A stretch of 64,000 nucleotides of DNA from Candidatus Calypsonella navitae (GTDB lineage: Archaea; Thermoproteota; Thermoprotei_A; Sulfolobales; Acidilobaceae): NCBI GenBank assembly GCA_035175045.1, contig WWDU01000026.1:61793-125792 (forward strand), read 5' to 3'. Each line of letters begins with the position of its first letter. The stretch's first letter is position 1. Below are positions 47,765 through 56,986 of this stretch, piece after piece. A program made the translations under genes and the position numbers. Under the pieces are notes generated by a model. That model was not told the DNA's origin. It saw nothing but the letters and a program-made list of their open reading frames with translations, and made no database searches.

Positions 47765-48860
47765 GCGGCCCATGAGCATCTCAAGGGCCCCAGGGGGCGC
47801 CGCTCTCTGTGATTCGTGTCACTCGAGGCCAGCAATACTCTACCAGCCCCACACCGGTAGGCGCTTGTGCCGGGAGTGCTTCCTCGACGACATACGTAGG
47901 CGCGTTGAGGACGAGCTAAGTAGATGGCGCATGGTGAGGCCGGGGGACACGCTCCTCCTAGCCCTCAGCGGGGGCAAAGATAGTTTTGTGTTGCTCGACA
48001 TCCTCACAATGATATACAAGCCCTCCCGAATGCTCGCTTTATCCATAGTTGAGGGAATACCAGGCTACAATAGGCACGAGGATATAGAGAAAATGAAGGC
48101 CTATGCTAGGGAAAGGGGTGTAGACCTCATAGTCACAAGCATAAGGGAGTACACAGGCCTGTACCTTAGCGAGATAGTGTCCTCGGCTTGGAAGAGGGGC
48201 CTAAAGATATCGCCGTGCACCTACTGCGGGATCCTGCGGAGGAGAATAATAAACTACTACGCCCGCGTCTACGGTGCTACCAAGACCGTAACTGCCCATA
48301 ACCTCGACGATGAGGCTCAGACAGCGCTCATAAACATCCTGAGGGGCGATGTCGTCGGGCTCCTCAGGCAGCACCCCCTCGCCCCGCCGGCAAGCCCCAG
48401 GCTCGTGCCCCGCATAAAGCCCCTCAGGAAGATATACGAGTGGGAAACCGTGACCTACGCCTTCCTCAAGGGCTTCCGCTTCCAAGAGACCGAATGCATG
48501 TACATACGCTACCGCCCCACGCTCCGGGCGAGGATAAGGGAGGCCCTCTACGCACTCGAGGCCAAGGCCCCGGGGAGCCTGCTACACCTCATGGAAACCC
48601 TTGACGAGCTCCTCGCGGGGCCGGCCTCCAAGCTCAGCGTCGAGGAGCTACCCCCATGCAGGCGCTGCGGAGAACCCACGAGCCCCAGCCGGGATCTATG
48701 CAAGCTATGCGAGATCCTAGAGGCTGCTGGAATAAGCAGACCCCTCTACTCCCTCCCCTGGGCCTCGAGGAGGGGTTCCAACCTTATTAGGGGAGGCCGC
48801 GGGGCCGAGTGGGAGGGTGGCCGCGATGGCGAGGGCCTCGAGGCTCCCAGAGGGCGTTGA
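47748..48860 (+). CDS. PP-loop ATPase, TtuA/Ncs6-type tRNA 2-thiolation enzyme with N- and C-terminal zinc fingers
   Basis: PP-loop LALSGGKDS, CTYCGILRRR and AHNLDDEAQT motifs. Zinc fingers CDSC...CRECF and CRRCG...CKLC. The alternative ATG at 47772 lies just after the upstream stop. Confidence 0.75.
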   Translation: MDRRDERPMSISRAPGGAALCDSCHSRPAILYQPHTGRRLCRECFLDDIRRRVEDELSRWRMVRPGDTLLLALSGGKDSFVLLDILTMIYKPSRMLALSIVEGIPGYNRHEDIEKMKAYARERGVDLIVTSIREYTGLYLSEIVSSAWKRGLKISPCTYCGILRRRIINYYARVYGATKTVTAHNLDDEAQTALINILRGDVVGLLRQHPLAPPASPRLVPRIKPLRKIYEWETVTYAFLKGFRFQETECMYIRYRPTLRARIREALYALEAKAPGSLLHLMETLDELLAGPASKLSVEELPPCRRCGEPTSPSRDLCKLCEILEAAGISRPLYSLPWASRRGSNLIRGGRGAEWEGGRDGEGLEAPRGR

Positions 48861-49101
48861 GCCTCCCGTGGCGATGGTTAAGAAGCCTAGGCTACGCAAG
48901 CTAGGCCCCATAGATCCGGGCCTCAGGCCCGGGCGTGGCTTCAGTAGGGGGGAGCTCAAGGCCGTGGGGCTAACTCCCAAGCAGGCGATGAAGCTCGGGC
49001 TCTACGTCGATAAGAGGAGGAAGACCGTCCACCCCTGGAATGTGGAGGCCCTCAAGAGGTTCCTCGAGGCTCTACGTTCTACGAGCCAGGCCGAGGCTTG
49101 A
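48817..49101 (+). CDS. rpl13e: 50S ribosomal protein L13e
   Basis: GRGFSRGELKAVGLTPKQAMKLGLYVDKRRK matches the archaeal L13e core as I recall it. The start may be the internal ATG at 48874, which would remove the 44-nt overlap. Confidence 0.7.
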   Translation: MAAMARASRLPEGVEPPVAMVKKPRLRKLGPIDPGLRPGRGFSRGELKAVGLTPKQAMKLGLYVDKRRKTVHPWNVEALKRFLEALRSTSQAEA

Positions 49102-49401
49102 GCTTGAGAAGAACCCTCTCTTCTTAGCGCGCTCCTCCCCCTGGGGCGTGACAGCGTATATCCCCACTATCCTGCCTCCCTCGCATTCATCAGTCGCTGC
49201 ACCGACGTAGTCGCCCTCCCTGAAATCCCTCTTAATCACGTCTGACCCACAGCGGATTTCCGTGTATATCCTCTCCTGCGTCTCCTCGGTAAGCTTCATC
49301 ACATCGCGTGCCTGCTTTATGGTCAGGTAGATAACTGCCCCCAGGCTGAGCAGTATTAGGAGAGACTGGAGCCACGCGGGCATTGAGCCCTCCATAGCCA
49401 C
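49072..49401 (-). CDS. Hypothetical single-pass membrane protein
   Basis: 109 aa. One N-terminal TM helix (WLQSLLILLSLGAVIYLTI) plus a small soluble domain. Starts 17 nt after the DUF1512-like gene, on the same strand. Confidence 0.4.
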   Translation of the reverse strand: MAMEGSMPAWLQSLLILLSLGAVIYLTIKQARDVMKLTEETQERIYTEIRCGSDVIKRDFREGDYVGAATDECEGGRIVGIYAVTPQGEERAKKRGFFSSSSLGLARRT

Positions 49402-49417
49402 CCGGGGTCCCCCAGGT

Positions 49418-50545
49418 CTACTGGGCTATCCCTGCGGTATTACCCACTCCTACTAGTATGACCGTATCGCCGGGTCTCGTCTCCTGGAGTATGATGGTCT
49501 TCGCCCTCTCGACAGCCTTGTCTATAGCCTTGTATATCTTCTCGTTCATAGCTGTTATCGCCTCCTCCTCGGACATCTTTATCGCGAGTGCCCTCAGCGG
49601 TATATCATACTCCGCAGCTATCCTCTCGAAGCGTATCTTCTCGGGGCCAGGGTCGCCTATAGCGGCCCCTACACCCTCCGCTATGGAACCGGTCTCTTCC
49701 CCCTCTAGCTTGAGGGCCGCGTCAACGGTTAGGAGTAAGGCTGGTTTGACCCCCTTACCCACGAGGTCGCGTACGATTCTCTCTGTAGCCCTCCCAGGCC
49801 TCCCGACGCTCGAGGCTGGCCCCTTGGCCTTGACTATTATTAGCCTCCTACCCTCTAGGTCAACTTCCGATGCCACAGTTTCATCGTCAACCTCCCTCCA
49901 CTCGGCGCCCTCACCCGCTAGACGCACCGCTACCAGGGGGCCTGCCCCGTCGCCTATAGGTACCCCCTTCAGGAAGTGCTCCTGGGCCTTCCATAGCGTG
50001 CGGGCCTGCTGAAGTATCATTGGCATTACCAGCTGGAGCTGCATTATTAGTATCCAGTTCTTCGTCTTCTCACCATACATTAAGAGGTGCCTCACAATCT
50101 TGTAGATGTAGTTGAGGGCCGATGCGACCTCCACGGCTACCTCGGCGCGGCTCCTCGTGACATCGTCCGCCTCGCTCATAGCCTGCTTGAAGAAGTCCTT
50201 GAAGCGGAGCCTCCTCACATTGAATAGGTGATCCATCCTCTTGATGATATCAGTCGGCTCGACGGAGACGGGCTCTATGAGGAAGAAGTCTATGGTCCTC
50301 TCGAGGAGCCTATCTACATCCCTACCCTTATTCTTCGCTATGTACTCCCTAGCCCTCTTGCGCGCGCCAGTCGCGAGCCACTCTATAACCCCGAGCTTCG
50401 ACTTTATGTCGCCCTTCCACACATAGACCTGCAGCCTCTGGTTGGCCCCGACAAATAGGAGTATGAAGATCACGAGGAATATGAGCTGGCTGATAGCCGA
50501 GATCCAATCGGCCAGGCTGCTCCCCATCAGCGCTGCTGGCTGCAC
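49418..50545 (-). CDS. Conserved archaeal membrane-anchored protein, DUF1512-like (recalled from memory)
   Basis: 375 aa. N-terminal TM helix (ISQLIFLVIFILLFVG), a long helical region, then IGDGAGP...VGRPG...GDPGPE motifs. Size and layout fit DUF1512. Confidence 0.5.
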   Translation of the reverse strand: MQPAALMGSSLADWISAISQLIFLVIFILLFVGANQRLQVYVWKGDIKSKLGVIEWLATGARKRAREYIAKNKGRDVDRLLERTIDFFLIEPVSVEPTDIIKRMDHLFNVRRLRFKDFFKQAMSEADDVTRSRAEVAVEVASALNYIYKIVRHLLMYGEKTKNWILIMQLQLVMPMILQQARTLWKAQEHFLKGVPIGDGAGPLVAVRLAGEGAEWREVDDETVASEVDLEGRRLIIVKAKGPASSVGRPGRATERIVRDLVGKGVKPALLLTVDAALKLEGEETGSIAEGVGAAIGDPGPEKIRFERIAAEYDIPLRALAIKMSEEEAITAMNEKIYKAIDKAVERAKTIILQETRPGDTVILVGVGNTAGIAQ

Positions 50546-50590
50546 ACCCGACCCTCCAGTGGGGCTACTCTTGCCGGAGGCTTTTTGCCC

Positions 50591-51550
50591 TTAACCCTTC
50601 CGGGGCTCTATCTCCTCGCCCCCGCGTGTAGTAACGATTATCTTATCCTTGAGCATTAGGTACGTGTTCTCGAACTGCGCAACGAGGCCTCTACCAGCCT
50701 CGACGAGGACGGGGTATGACTCAAGCAGCCCCTTGAGTACTAGGCCGCGGATCGCCATGAGCACCTCCTCGTCCGATGCGAGGCCGCGGAGCCAGCGTGG
50801 CGTGAAGGGTAGTGTCTTGTACTCCCTCTCTATATATGTTAGAACCCTCTCCTCGAGCTGGCCCAGTGCAGTGCGACCCTTCCTGCCCCTATAGGAGTAT
50901 ATCATCGTCTTCGAGGACTCGACCACGTGACCCCTCCCGTTGGTTGCGAATGGCTCTATAGCGAAGAGTTTCGGCGGCCGGAGCCTTAGAACAATCATCG
51001 CCCTCTCTGGGTAGTTGGGTATGCTCACCCCGGCGTGGACTAGGTACCTCCCGATCGTGTGCCCGTAGAGGTTGCGTATCGGCTTAAACCCGTGCCTCTT
51101 CATGGTCGAGTATATGACGCGGCCGATCTCGTAGAGGCTTATCCCAGGCCTAAGCACGTGCTCAACAGCCTCTAGGGCGGCCCTGGACGCCTCGAGCAGC
51201 CTCGCGTGGCTCCCGGATAAGTCGACTGTCGCCGCGGTGTCCGCTATATAGCCATCGATGTGGACCCCGACGTCGACCTTGACAACGGCGCCCTCCGGTA
51301 TCACAGCGTCCTCGCCGATGCTGGGGGTGTAGTGGGCTGCCACCTCGTTTATCGAGATGTTGCAGGGGAATGCAGGGCGCCCCCCATGCTCGACTATGTA
51401 CTTCTCCACCTCCCCGCAGACCTCGCTGGCCCTGCGGCCGGCCTCCACGATTCGGGCACCGTAGTCGCGGGCCTCAGCCGCTATCTGGCCAGCCTCGAGG
51501 AGCTTCCTGATCTCATCCTCTCCATACTCCTCGCGCACGCCCCACACCAT
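50591..51550 (-). CDS. map: Methionine aminopeptidase, type 2 (archaeal)
   Basis: AFPCNISINEVAAHYTP, VDVGVHIDGYIAD and GHTIGRYLVHAG metal-ligand motifs, plus the type-2 helical insert. Confidence 0.9.
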   Translation of the reverse strand: MVWGVREEYGEDEIRKLLEAGQIAAEARDYGARIVEAGRRASEVCGEVEKYIVEHGGRPAFPCNISINEVAAHYTPSIGEDAVIPEGAVVKVDVGVHIDGYIADTAATVDLSGSHARLLEASRAALEAVEHVLRPGISLYEIGRVIYSTMKRHGFKPIRNLYGHTIGRYLVHAGVSIPNYPERAMIVLRLRPPKLFAIEPFATNGRGHVVESSKTMIYSYRGRKGRTALGQLEERVLTYIEREYKTLPFTPRWLRGLASDEEVLMAIRGLVLKGLLESYPVLVEAGRGLVAQFENTYLMLKDKIIVTTRGGEEIEPRKG

Positions 51551-51609
51551 GCTAGCGGCGCGGGGTGGAAGCTTAAGAGGGGCCTCCCATACGTGCCTAC
51601 GGGGAGCGG

Positions 51610-52326
51610 GTGGGGGTCATGGCCAGGATAAGGTATCTGGGCCACTCGGCCTTCGAGATAACGATCAAGAACTCGGATGGCGTGGACAAGAAGGTACTAG
51701 TGGACCCATTTATAACAGGCAACCCCCAGGCGCCCGTCAAGGTAAGCGACCTGACAGGCGTTGACCTAGTGGTTCTAACCCACGGGCACGGCGATCACCT
51801 AGGCGATGCCATAACGATACTTAAGCAGAACCCCAAGGCCAAGGTGGTAGCTATATTCGAGCTGGCCAACTATGTGGCCTCGCAGCTGGGCGACTCGGAG
51901 CGGGCGATCGGGGGCAACATGGGCGGCCCCATGCTGGTGGACGGCCTAAAGATAGCCCTGACACCCGCCATGCACAGCAGCCCATACGGGAGCCCCACGG
52001 GGGTAGTCATAATCTCAGACTATGAGAAGGTGAGTATATACCACGCGGGCGACACTGGAATATTTGCGACGATGCAGCTAATAGGGGAGATCTACAAGCC
52101 CACTGTAGCCCTCCTGCCGATAGGTGGCCACTTCACAATGGACCCCGTGGAGGCCGCCAAGGCTGTGGAGCTGATAAAGCCGAAGTACGCCATACCAATG
52201 CACTACGGCACGTTCCCCGTCCTCTACGGTACCCCTGAGGAGTTCAAGAGGCTCGTGGAGGAGAAGGGGCTCCCTACTAAGGTAGTCATACTGAAGCCCG
52301 GAGAAGAGTTCGAGGTAACGGGCTAG
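51610..52326 (+). CDS. UPF0173-type metal-dependent hydrolase (metallo-beta-lactamase fold)
   Basis: IRYLGHSAFEI, LTHGHGDHLGD and IPMHYGTFP motifs. 238 aa. Confidence 0.75.
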   Translation: MGVMARIRYLGHSAFEITIKNSDGVDKKVLVDPFITGNPQAPVKVSDLTGVDLVVLTHGHGDHLGDAITILKQNPKAKVVAIFELANYVASQLGDSERAIGGNMGGPMLVDGLKIALTPAMHSSPYGSPTGVVIISDYEKVSIYHAGDTGIFATMQLIGEIYKPTVALLPIGGHFTMDPVEAAKAVELIKPKYAIPMHYGTFPVLYGTPEEFKRLVEEKGLPTKVVILKPGEEFEVTG

Positions 52327-52389
52327 CCCCCTCTTATAGCCCTCCATTTTTACTCCCCGGAGAGCCGCTTCTCCCTCAGGGTCCGGATC

Positions 52390-54204
52390 ATGGCTAGGAT
52401 AGCGGTAGTAGACTATGACGTGTGCAAGCCGCGTAAATGCAGCCACGAGTGCATACGAGTCTGCCCCGTGAACAAGACGGGGCGCGGCACGGCCATAGAG
52501 GCTAGCGACGAACTCGGCGGGAAGCCCGTGATCTACGAGGACGCCTGCATAGGATGCGGTCTCTGCGTCAAGGCCTGTCCCTTCAAGGCGATATACATAG
52601 TCAACCTGCCCGAGGAACTCGAGGAGGACGCTGTGCACCGCTACGGCCCTAACTCCTTCAAGCTCTACAGGCTCCCCATACCCAAGGACGGGCAGGTCGT
52701 GGGCCTCATAGGCAGAAATGGAACCGGTAAAACCACGGCCTTGAGGATACTGGCGGGCGAGATCAAGCCCAACCTAGGCCGCTACGACGATCCACCCGAT
52801 TGGGACGAGATCATAAGGCGGTTCAGGGGCAGCGAGCTGCAGACTTACTTCCAGAGGCTTGCCTCGAAGGAGTTGAGGGTAGCACATAAGGTGCAGTACA
52901 TAGACCTCATACCACGCCATGTCAAGGGTGCTGTGGGCGACCTCCTCAGGAGGGCCGACGAGAGGGGGGTGCACAGGGAGCTAGCCCAGGAGCTTGGCTT
53001 GGACGCCGTGTGGGACCGCGACGTGAGGAAGCTCAGCGGGGGGGAGCTTCAGAAGCTAGTCGTGGCTGCCGTGCTGAGCAAGGAGGCAGACGTCTACATA
53101 TTCGACGAGCCCAGCAGCTACCTGGACGTCGCTGAGAGGATCAAGGTGGCGAGGCTCATAAGGAGGGAGGTGAAGGGGGGAAAGTATTATATAGTTGCGG
53201 AGCACGACCTAGCTATGCTTGACTACCTAAGCGATACTGTCTCGATAATCTACGGTGAGCCCGGCGTCTATGGGATAGTCTCGAGGCCCTACGGCGTTAG
53301 GGCAGGTATAAACCACTTCCTCGAGGGCTACCTGCCCGCTGAGAATACTAGGATAAGGAAGGAGCCCATACGCTTCAGGATCCCCCCAGCCCCCGGCCAG
53401 GCGGAGAAGGGCGATGCACAGAGGAGGAAGTACATAGAGTGGGGCGCCCTCAGAGTCAGCCTCGACGGCTTCACGCTGGAGGCGGAGTCAGGGGAGGTGT
53501 GGAGCGGGGAAGTCATAGGCATAGTGGGCCCCAACGGCATAGGGAAGACCACGTTCATACGCGTGCTAGCTGGCAGGATAGAGCCCAGCGAGGGGTGGGT
53601 GGCTAGGCTGGGCGAGTACGAGGTAAGCTATAAGCCCCAGAGGATATCACCCGAGGTGTTTCCTGAAGGCGCCACCGTGGAGGAGCTGCTGAGGAGGGCA
53701 AACCCCACGAGCGTCGTCCCCGGCTCCTGGATATACATAGAGCTAGTCAAGAAGCTCAGGCTAGACAGGCTCTTCGACCGCGAGGCCCGCAGCCTCAGCG
53801 GCGGGGAGATGCAGAAACTAGCCATAGCGATAGTCCTGGCGCGGGAGGCTGACATTTACCTCCTCGACGAGCCCAGCGCATACCTGGACGTCGAGGAGAG
53901 GCTAAGCGTGGCGAAGATCATAAGGAGACTCACCGAGACCAGGCAGGCCGCAGCGTTCGTGGTGGAGCACGACATTGTGATACAGGACTTCATAAGCGAT
54001 AAACTGATAGTGATCCTGGGAGAGCCCGGGAGGCACGGGAGGGCCTCGAGGCCCCTCAACCTTAGGGAGGGTATGAACATGTTCCTCAAGCACCTCGGGA
54101 TAACATTCAGGAGGGACCCACAGACGTATAGGCCCCGGGTCAACAAGGAGGGCAGCTACCTCGATAGGATGCAGAAGGCATCCGGGCAGTACTACTACGT
54201 GTAA
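52390..54204 (+). CDS. abce1: ABCE1 / RNase L inhibitor homolog (ribosome recycling ATPase)
   Basis: N-terminal double 4Fe-4S domain (CKPRKCSHECIRVCP, CIGCGLCVKACP) plus two ABC NBDs (GRNGTGKTT/LSGGELQ, GPNGIGKTT/LSGGEMQ). Confidence 0.95.
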   Translation: MARIAVVDYDVCKPRKCSHECIRVCPVNKTGRGTAIEASDELGGKPVIYEDACIGCGLCVKACPFKAIYIVNLPEELEEDAVHRYGPNSFKLYRLPIPKDGQVVGLIGRNGTGKTTALRILAGEIKPNLGRYDDPPDWDEIIRRFRGSELQTYFQRLASKELRVAHKVQYIDLIPRHVKGAVGDLLRRADERGVHRELAQELGLDAVWDRDVRKLSGGELQKLVVAAVLSKEADVYIFDEPSSYLDVAERIKVARLIRREVKGGKYYIVAEHDLAMLDYLSDTVSIIYGEPGVYGIVSRPYGVRAGINHFLEGYLPAENTRIRKEPIRFRIPPAPGQAEKGDAQRRKYIEWGALRVSLDGFTLEAESGEVWSGEVIGIVGPNGIGKTTFIRVLAGRIEPSEGWVARLGEYEVSYKPQRISPEVFPEGATVEELLRRANPTSVVPGSWIYIELVKKLRLDRLFDREARSLSGGEMQKLAIAIVLAREADIYLLDEPSAYLDVEERLSVAKIIRRLTETRQAAAFVVEHDIVIQDFISDKLIVILGEPGRHGRASRPLNLREGMNMFLKHLGITFRRDPQTYRPRVNKEGSYLDRMQKASGQYYYV

Positions 54205-54221
54205 CCCAGCAGATAGGAAGG

Positions 54222-54309
54222 TGGTGCGGGGGGTGGGATTTGAACCCACGCAGGCCTACGCCATCGGGTCCTCAGCCCGACCCCTTTGGCCAGGCTCGGG
54301 CACCCCCGC
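54222..54309 (-). tRNA. tRNA-Leu (anticodon GAG), long variable arm; CCA encoded
   Basis: Minus strand: GCGGGGG acceptor, anticodon arm UCGGG-CUGAGGA-CCCGA, variable arm UGGCGUAGGCCUGC, T arm GTGGGTTCAAATCCCAC, discriminator A. CTTTAAAG box at 54338-54345. Confidence 0.9.
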
Positions 54310-54373
54310 GCCGTGGCTAGGAAACCGGTTAGCGGGTCTTTAAAGCATTAGGGGCGTCCTCTTAACAGTCGTG

Positions 54374-55060
54374 CTACTCGTACTCTTCCTCGGCCTCCTC
54401 CTTCGAGGCCTCGATCAGTGCCCTCAGCTCCCTCACAACCCTCTCGGCCTCCCTGCGCTCCGTGTTCTCGGCGTCCCTCATGATATCAGTTATGTTTGAC
54501 TCGATGTAATCCCTCAGGTCGCCCTCGTACGATATCTTCTTCCTCCTCAGTATGAGCGGCGTCGGCTCCACTACGGCCCCCCTTATGAGGGCCTCCCCGT
54601 TCAGGGGGGTGACTGCTAGCGCCCCCACTACTCGGTCGCGGTGCCTGAGCTCGTAGATTATGTCTCCGGTCTCGGTTTCCCCTAGCTCCCCCACTTCGAA
54701 TTCTATGGCCGAGGACACTATCTCCTCTGCCTTCTCCGTGATGGTGGAGACCGCCTTGTCTACCTCCTCCTGGGGGATCCTCCTCCAAGCCTCTATCTTT
54801 AGCGTGTCTAGCTTCCACTCTATGGAGCCGTTAACTACGTCGTAGTCAACGCTTATCCTAACCACATCGCCCTTATCGATTCCCAGCTTGTAGACTAGTA
54901 TCTCGAAGAGGAGCCTGTTCAGCTCCCCCGCAGCCCTCGCGACCTCCTTGGAGTCAAGCTCTCCCCTCTTGATGTTGTCCTTTAGCTGCGCAAATAGGAC
55001 CCTCCTAACCTTATCAGCGTAGGCTCCAGCTATGACTAGGCCGCTCTTGAGGGTAGGCAT
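54374..55060 (-). CDS. Conserved archaeal hypothetical protein (DUF2258-like, recalled from memory)
   Basis: 228 aa. The N-terminus SGLVIAGAYADKVRRVLFAQLKD resembles the archaea-specific DUF2258 family. Function unknown. Confidence 0.45.
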   Translation of the reverse strand: MPTLKSGLVIAGAYADKVRRVLFAQLKDNIKRGELDSKEVARAAGELNRLLFEILVYKLGIDKGDVVRISVDYDVVNGSIEWKLDTLKIEAWRRIPQEEVDKAVSTITEKAEEIVSSAIEFEVGELGETETGDIIYELRHRDRVVGALAVTPLNGEALIRGAVVEPTPLILRRKKISYEGDLRDYIESNITDIMRDAENTERREAERVVRELRALIEASKEEAEEEYE

Positions 55061-55142
55061 TATCTACACCCCCACCCACACGTTACAAATGGATGCTTGA
55101 GATTAATATCTCTACCCTCATCGTCTCCCTCAGGGCGGGGCC

Positions 55143-55898
55143 GTGGAGGATCCCGCAGTCAAGGTCGCAAGGCTCCTGGAGAACTCGAGCTACGCCATAG
55201 TCTTCACAGGGGCCGGTGTGTCGGCTGACAGCGGTATCCCCACGTTCCGCGGGCCAGACGGTCTCTGGCGCAGGTATAGGCCTGAGGAGCTCGCTAGCCC
55301 CTGGGGCTTCGAGAGGAACCCCAGGCTGGTGTGGGAGTGGTACGCGTGGCGCATGCGCATCATAGCCTCCGCTAGGCCTAATGCTGCACATTACGCTATT
55401 GCCGCTCTGGAGAGGAGGGGGCTGGTGAGGGCTGTCATAACCCAGAACGTTGACGGCCTCCACCAGCGCGCCGGGAGCAAGAACGTAATAGAACTACACG
55501 GCAACATCTGGAGGGCCCGTTGTACCCGTTGCGGCTACAGGTGGATCCTCGAGTCGCCACCCAGCGACGACGAGCTGCCGCTGCGGTGCCCTAGGTGTGG
55601 GTCGCTGGCGAGGCCCGACGTAGTGTGGTTTGGGGAGCCCTTGCCCGAGGCCGCCCTGAGGAGGGCCTTCGAGGAGGCTGGGAAGGCGGACCTCGTCATA
55701 GTGGTGGGCACTAGCGGCGTCGTCGAGCCAGCCGGGTCTATACCAGTCCACGCTAAGGAGAGGGGTGCGAGGCTCGTCAACGTTAACCCTGAACCCAATA
55801 GGTACACGGGTATGGCCGATGTCAACGTGGAGGAGAGGGCGGCACCCTTCTTTGAGAGGCTCGCCCGCGTGCTGGGCCTCGAGCTGCCTAGGGAGTAG
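55143..55898 (+). CDS. cobB: NAD-dependent protein deacylase, Sir2 family
   Basis: GAGVSADSGIPTFRG, QNVDGLH, zinc site CTRCG...CPRCG and VVGTSGVV motifs. Confidence 0.9.
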   Translation: MEDPAVKVARLLENSSYAIVFTGAGVSADSGIPTFRGPDGLWRRYRPEELASPWGFERNPRLVWEWYAWRMRIIASARPNAAHYAIAALERRGLVRAVITQNVDGLHQRAGSKNVIELHGNIWRARCTRCGYRWILESPPSDDELPLRCPRCGSLARPDVVWFGEPLPEAALRRAFEEAGKADLVIVVGTSGVVEPAGSIPVHAKERGARLVNVNPEPNRYTGMADVNVEERAAPFFERLARVLGLELPRE

Positions 55899-56970
55899 TA
55901 TCCGGCGATGTGTCCTCGTACTCTCCGGGGGCCTCCTCCTCCCTGCCCCTCCAGCCCCAGGGGCACCCCTTGCCGTGTCTAATCGGCTTCTCCAGGTGGC
56001 TCAGCAGCACTATCCTGCTGGGCCTGCTCTCGCTTCTTATCGGGTACCCGGTCAGCTCTGATATCCTACGGGCGAGGCGCACGACCTCCTCGTGGGATGG
56101 CATGTTGTCCCTGGTGAGCCTCTCACGCGAGGCTCCGACGTACATGTACGCCTTAACCTCTATGTATGTAGGCTGGGCTATCCTCACGAGCTTAGCTAGG
56201 CCTTTTACCGCCTCCTCACTGTCGTTGAAGCCCTTCACGTGGGTTATCCTGAGCACGGTGGGGCTGGAGAAGCTTGGCAGCATCTCGAGGGTCTCCAGGG
56301 TCAGCTCCCAGGCCCTCGGCACCAGGGGTCTAGTGAAGTAGTTGTAGGACTTCTTATCCCACGCCTCTATGCTGATGTAGAGCTGGCTCGGCTCCTCCTC
56401 TAGATTAGCTAACACGTCGGGCCTGACGCCCCTCGTCACTAGGAAGGTGGTCATGCCGCGCCTGTGTATCTCCCTTATGAGCTCGCCGAGGTAGGGGTAT
56501 AGGGTGGGCTCGCCGGTCAGGCTTATCGCTACGTGCTTCGGCTCCATGGCCTCTTCGAGGAGCTTCTTCGGCACCCTCGGATGGCCCTTGTAGCCGCTTA
56601 TTATCCTGCGGTACTCCTCTATTATCCCATCCACTATCTCCCGGGGATCGTCGGCGAAGGGCATCTTGGTCTCATCCCACTCGACGCCAACGTCCTGGGG
56701 TCTGATTCTCCAGCAGTGGAGGCAGGCGTTCCAGCACCAGAAGGCGGTGGGGCTCATCTGTATGCACCTATGACTCTCTATACCGTAGAACTTGCACTTG
56801 TAGCAGAACCTCTGCTGCGTTAGCGCTGCGTGGTTCCAGTAGCACTTCTTCACCACGGTGTGCCTACCGACGAAGTGGTACTTCTGCTTGATCATGCGCT
56901 CGTAGAGCGGCCTATACTTCTCCGGCACTCCCCCAAGCCTCAGCCCCACTGCCCTAGCCATTGAAGTCAC
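55888..56970 (-). CDS. taw1: Radical SAM 4-demethylwyosine synthase (Taw1/TYW1)
   Basis: N-terminal auxiliary cluster region KKCYWNHAAL...CYKCKFYGIESHRC and the radical-SAM CWNACLHCWR (Cx3Cx2C). 11-nt convergent overlap with cobB. Confidence 0.85.
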   Translation of the reverse strand: MTSMARAVGLRLGGVPEKYRPLYERMIKQKYHFVGRHTVVKKCYWNHAALTQQRFCYKCKFYGIESHRCIQMSPTAFWCWNACLHCWRIRPQDVGVEWDETKMPFADDPREIVDGIIEEYRRIISGYKGHPRVPKKLLEEAMEPKHVAISLTGEPTLYPYLGELIREIHRRGMTTFLVTRGVRPDVLANLEEEPSQLYISIEAWDKKSYNYFTRPLVPRAWELTLETLEMLPSFSSPTVLRITHVKGFNDSEEAVKGLAKLVRIAQPTYIEVKAYMYVGASRERLTRDNMPSHEEVVRLARRISELTGYPIRSESRPSRIVLLSHLEKPIRHGKGCPWGWRGREEEAPGEYEDTSPDTTP

Positions 56971-56986
56971 CTACCCCCGGGAAAGG

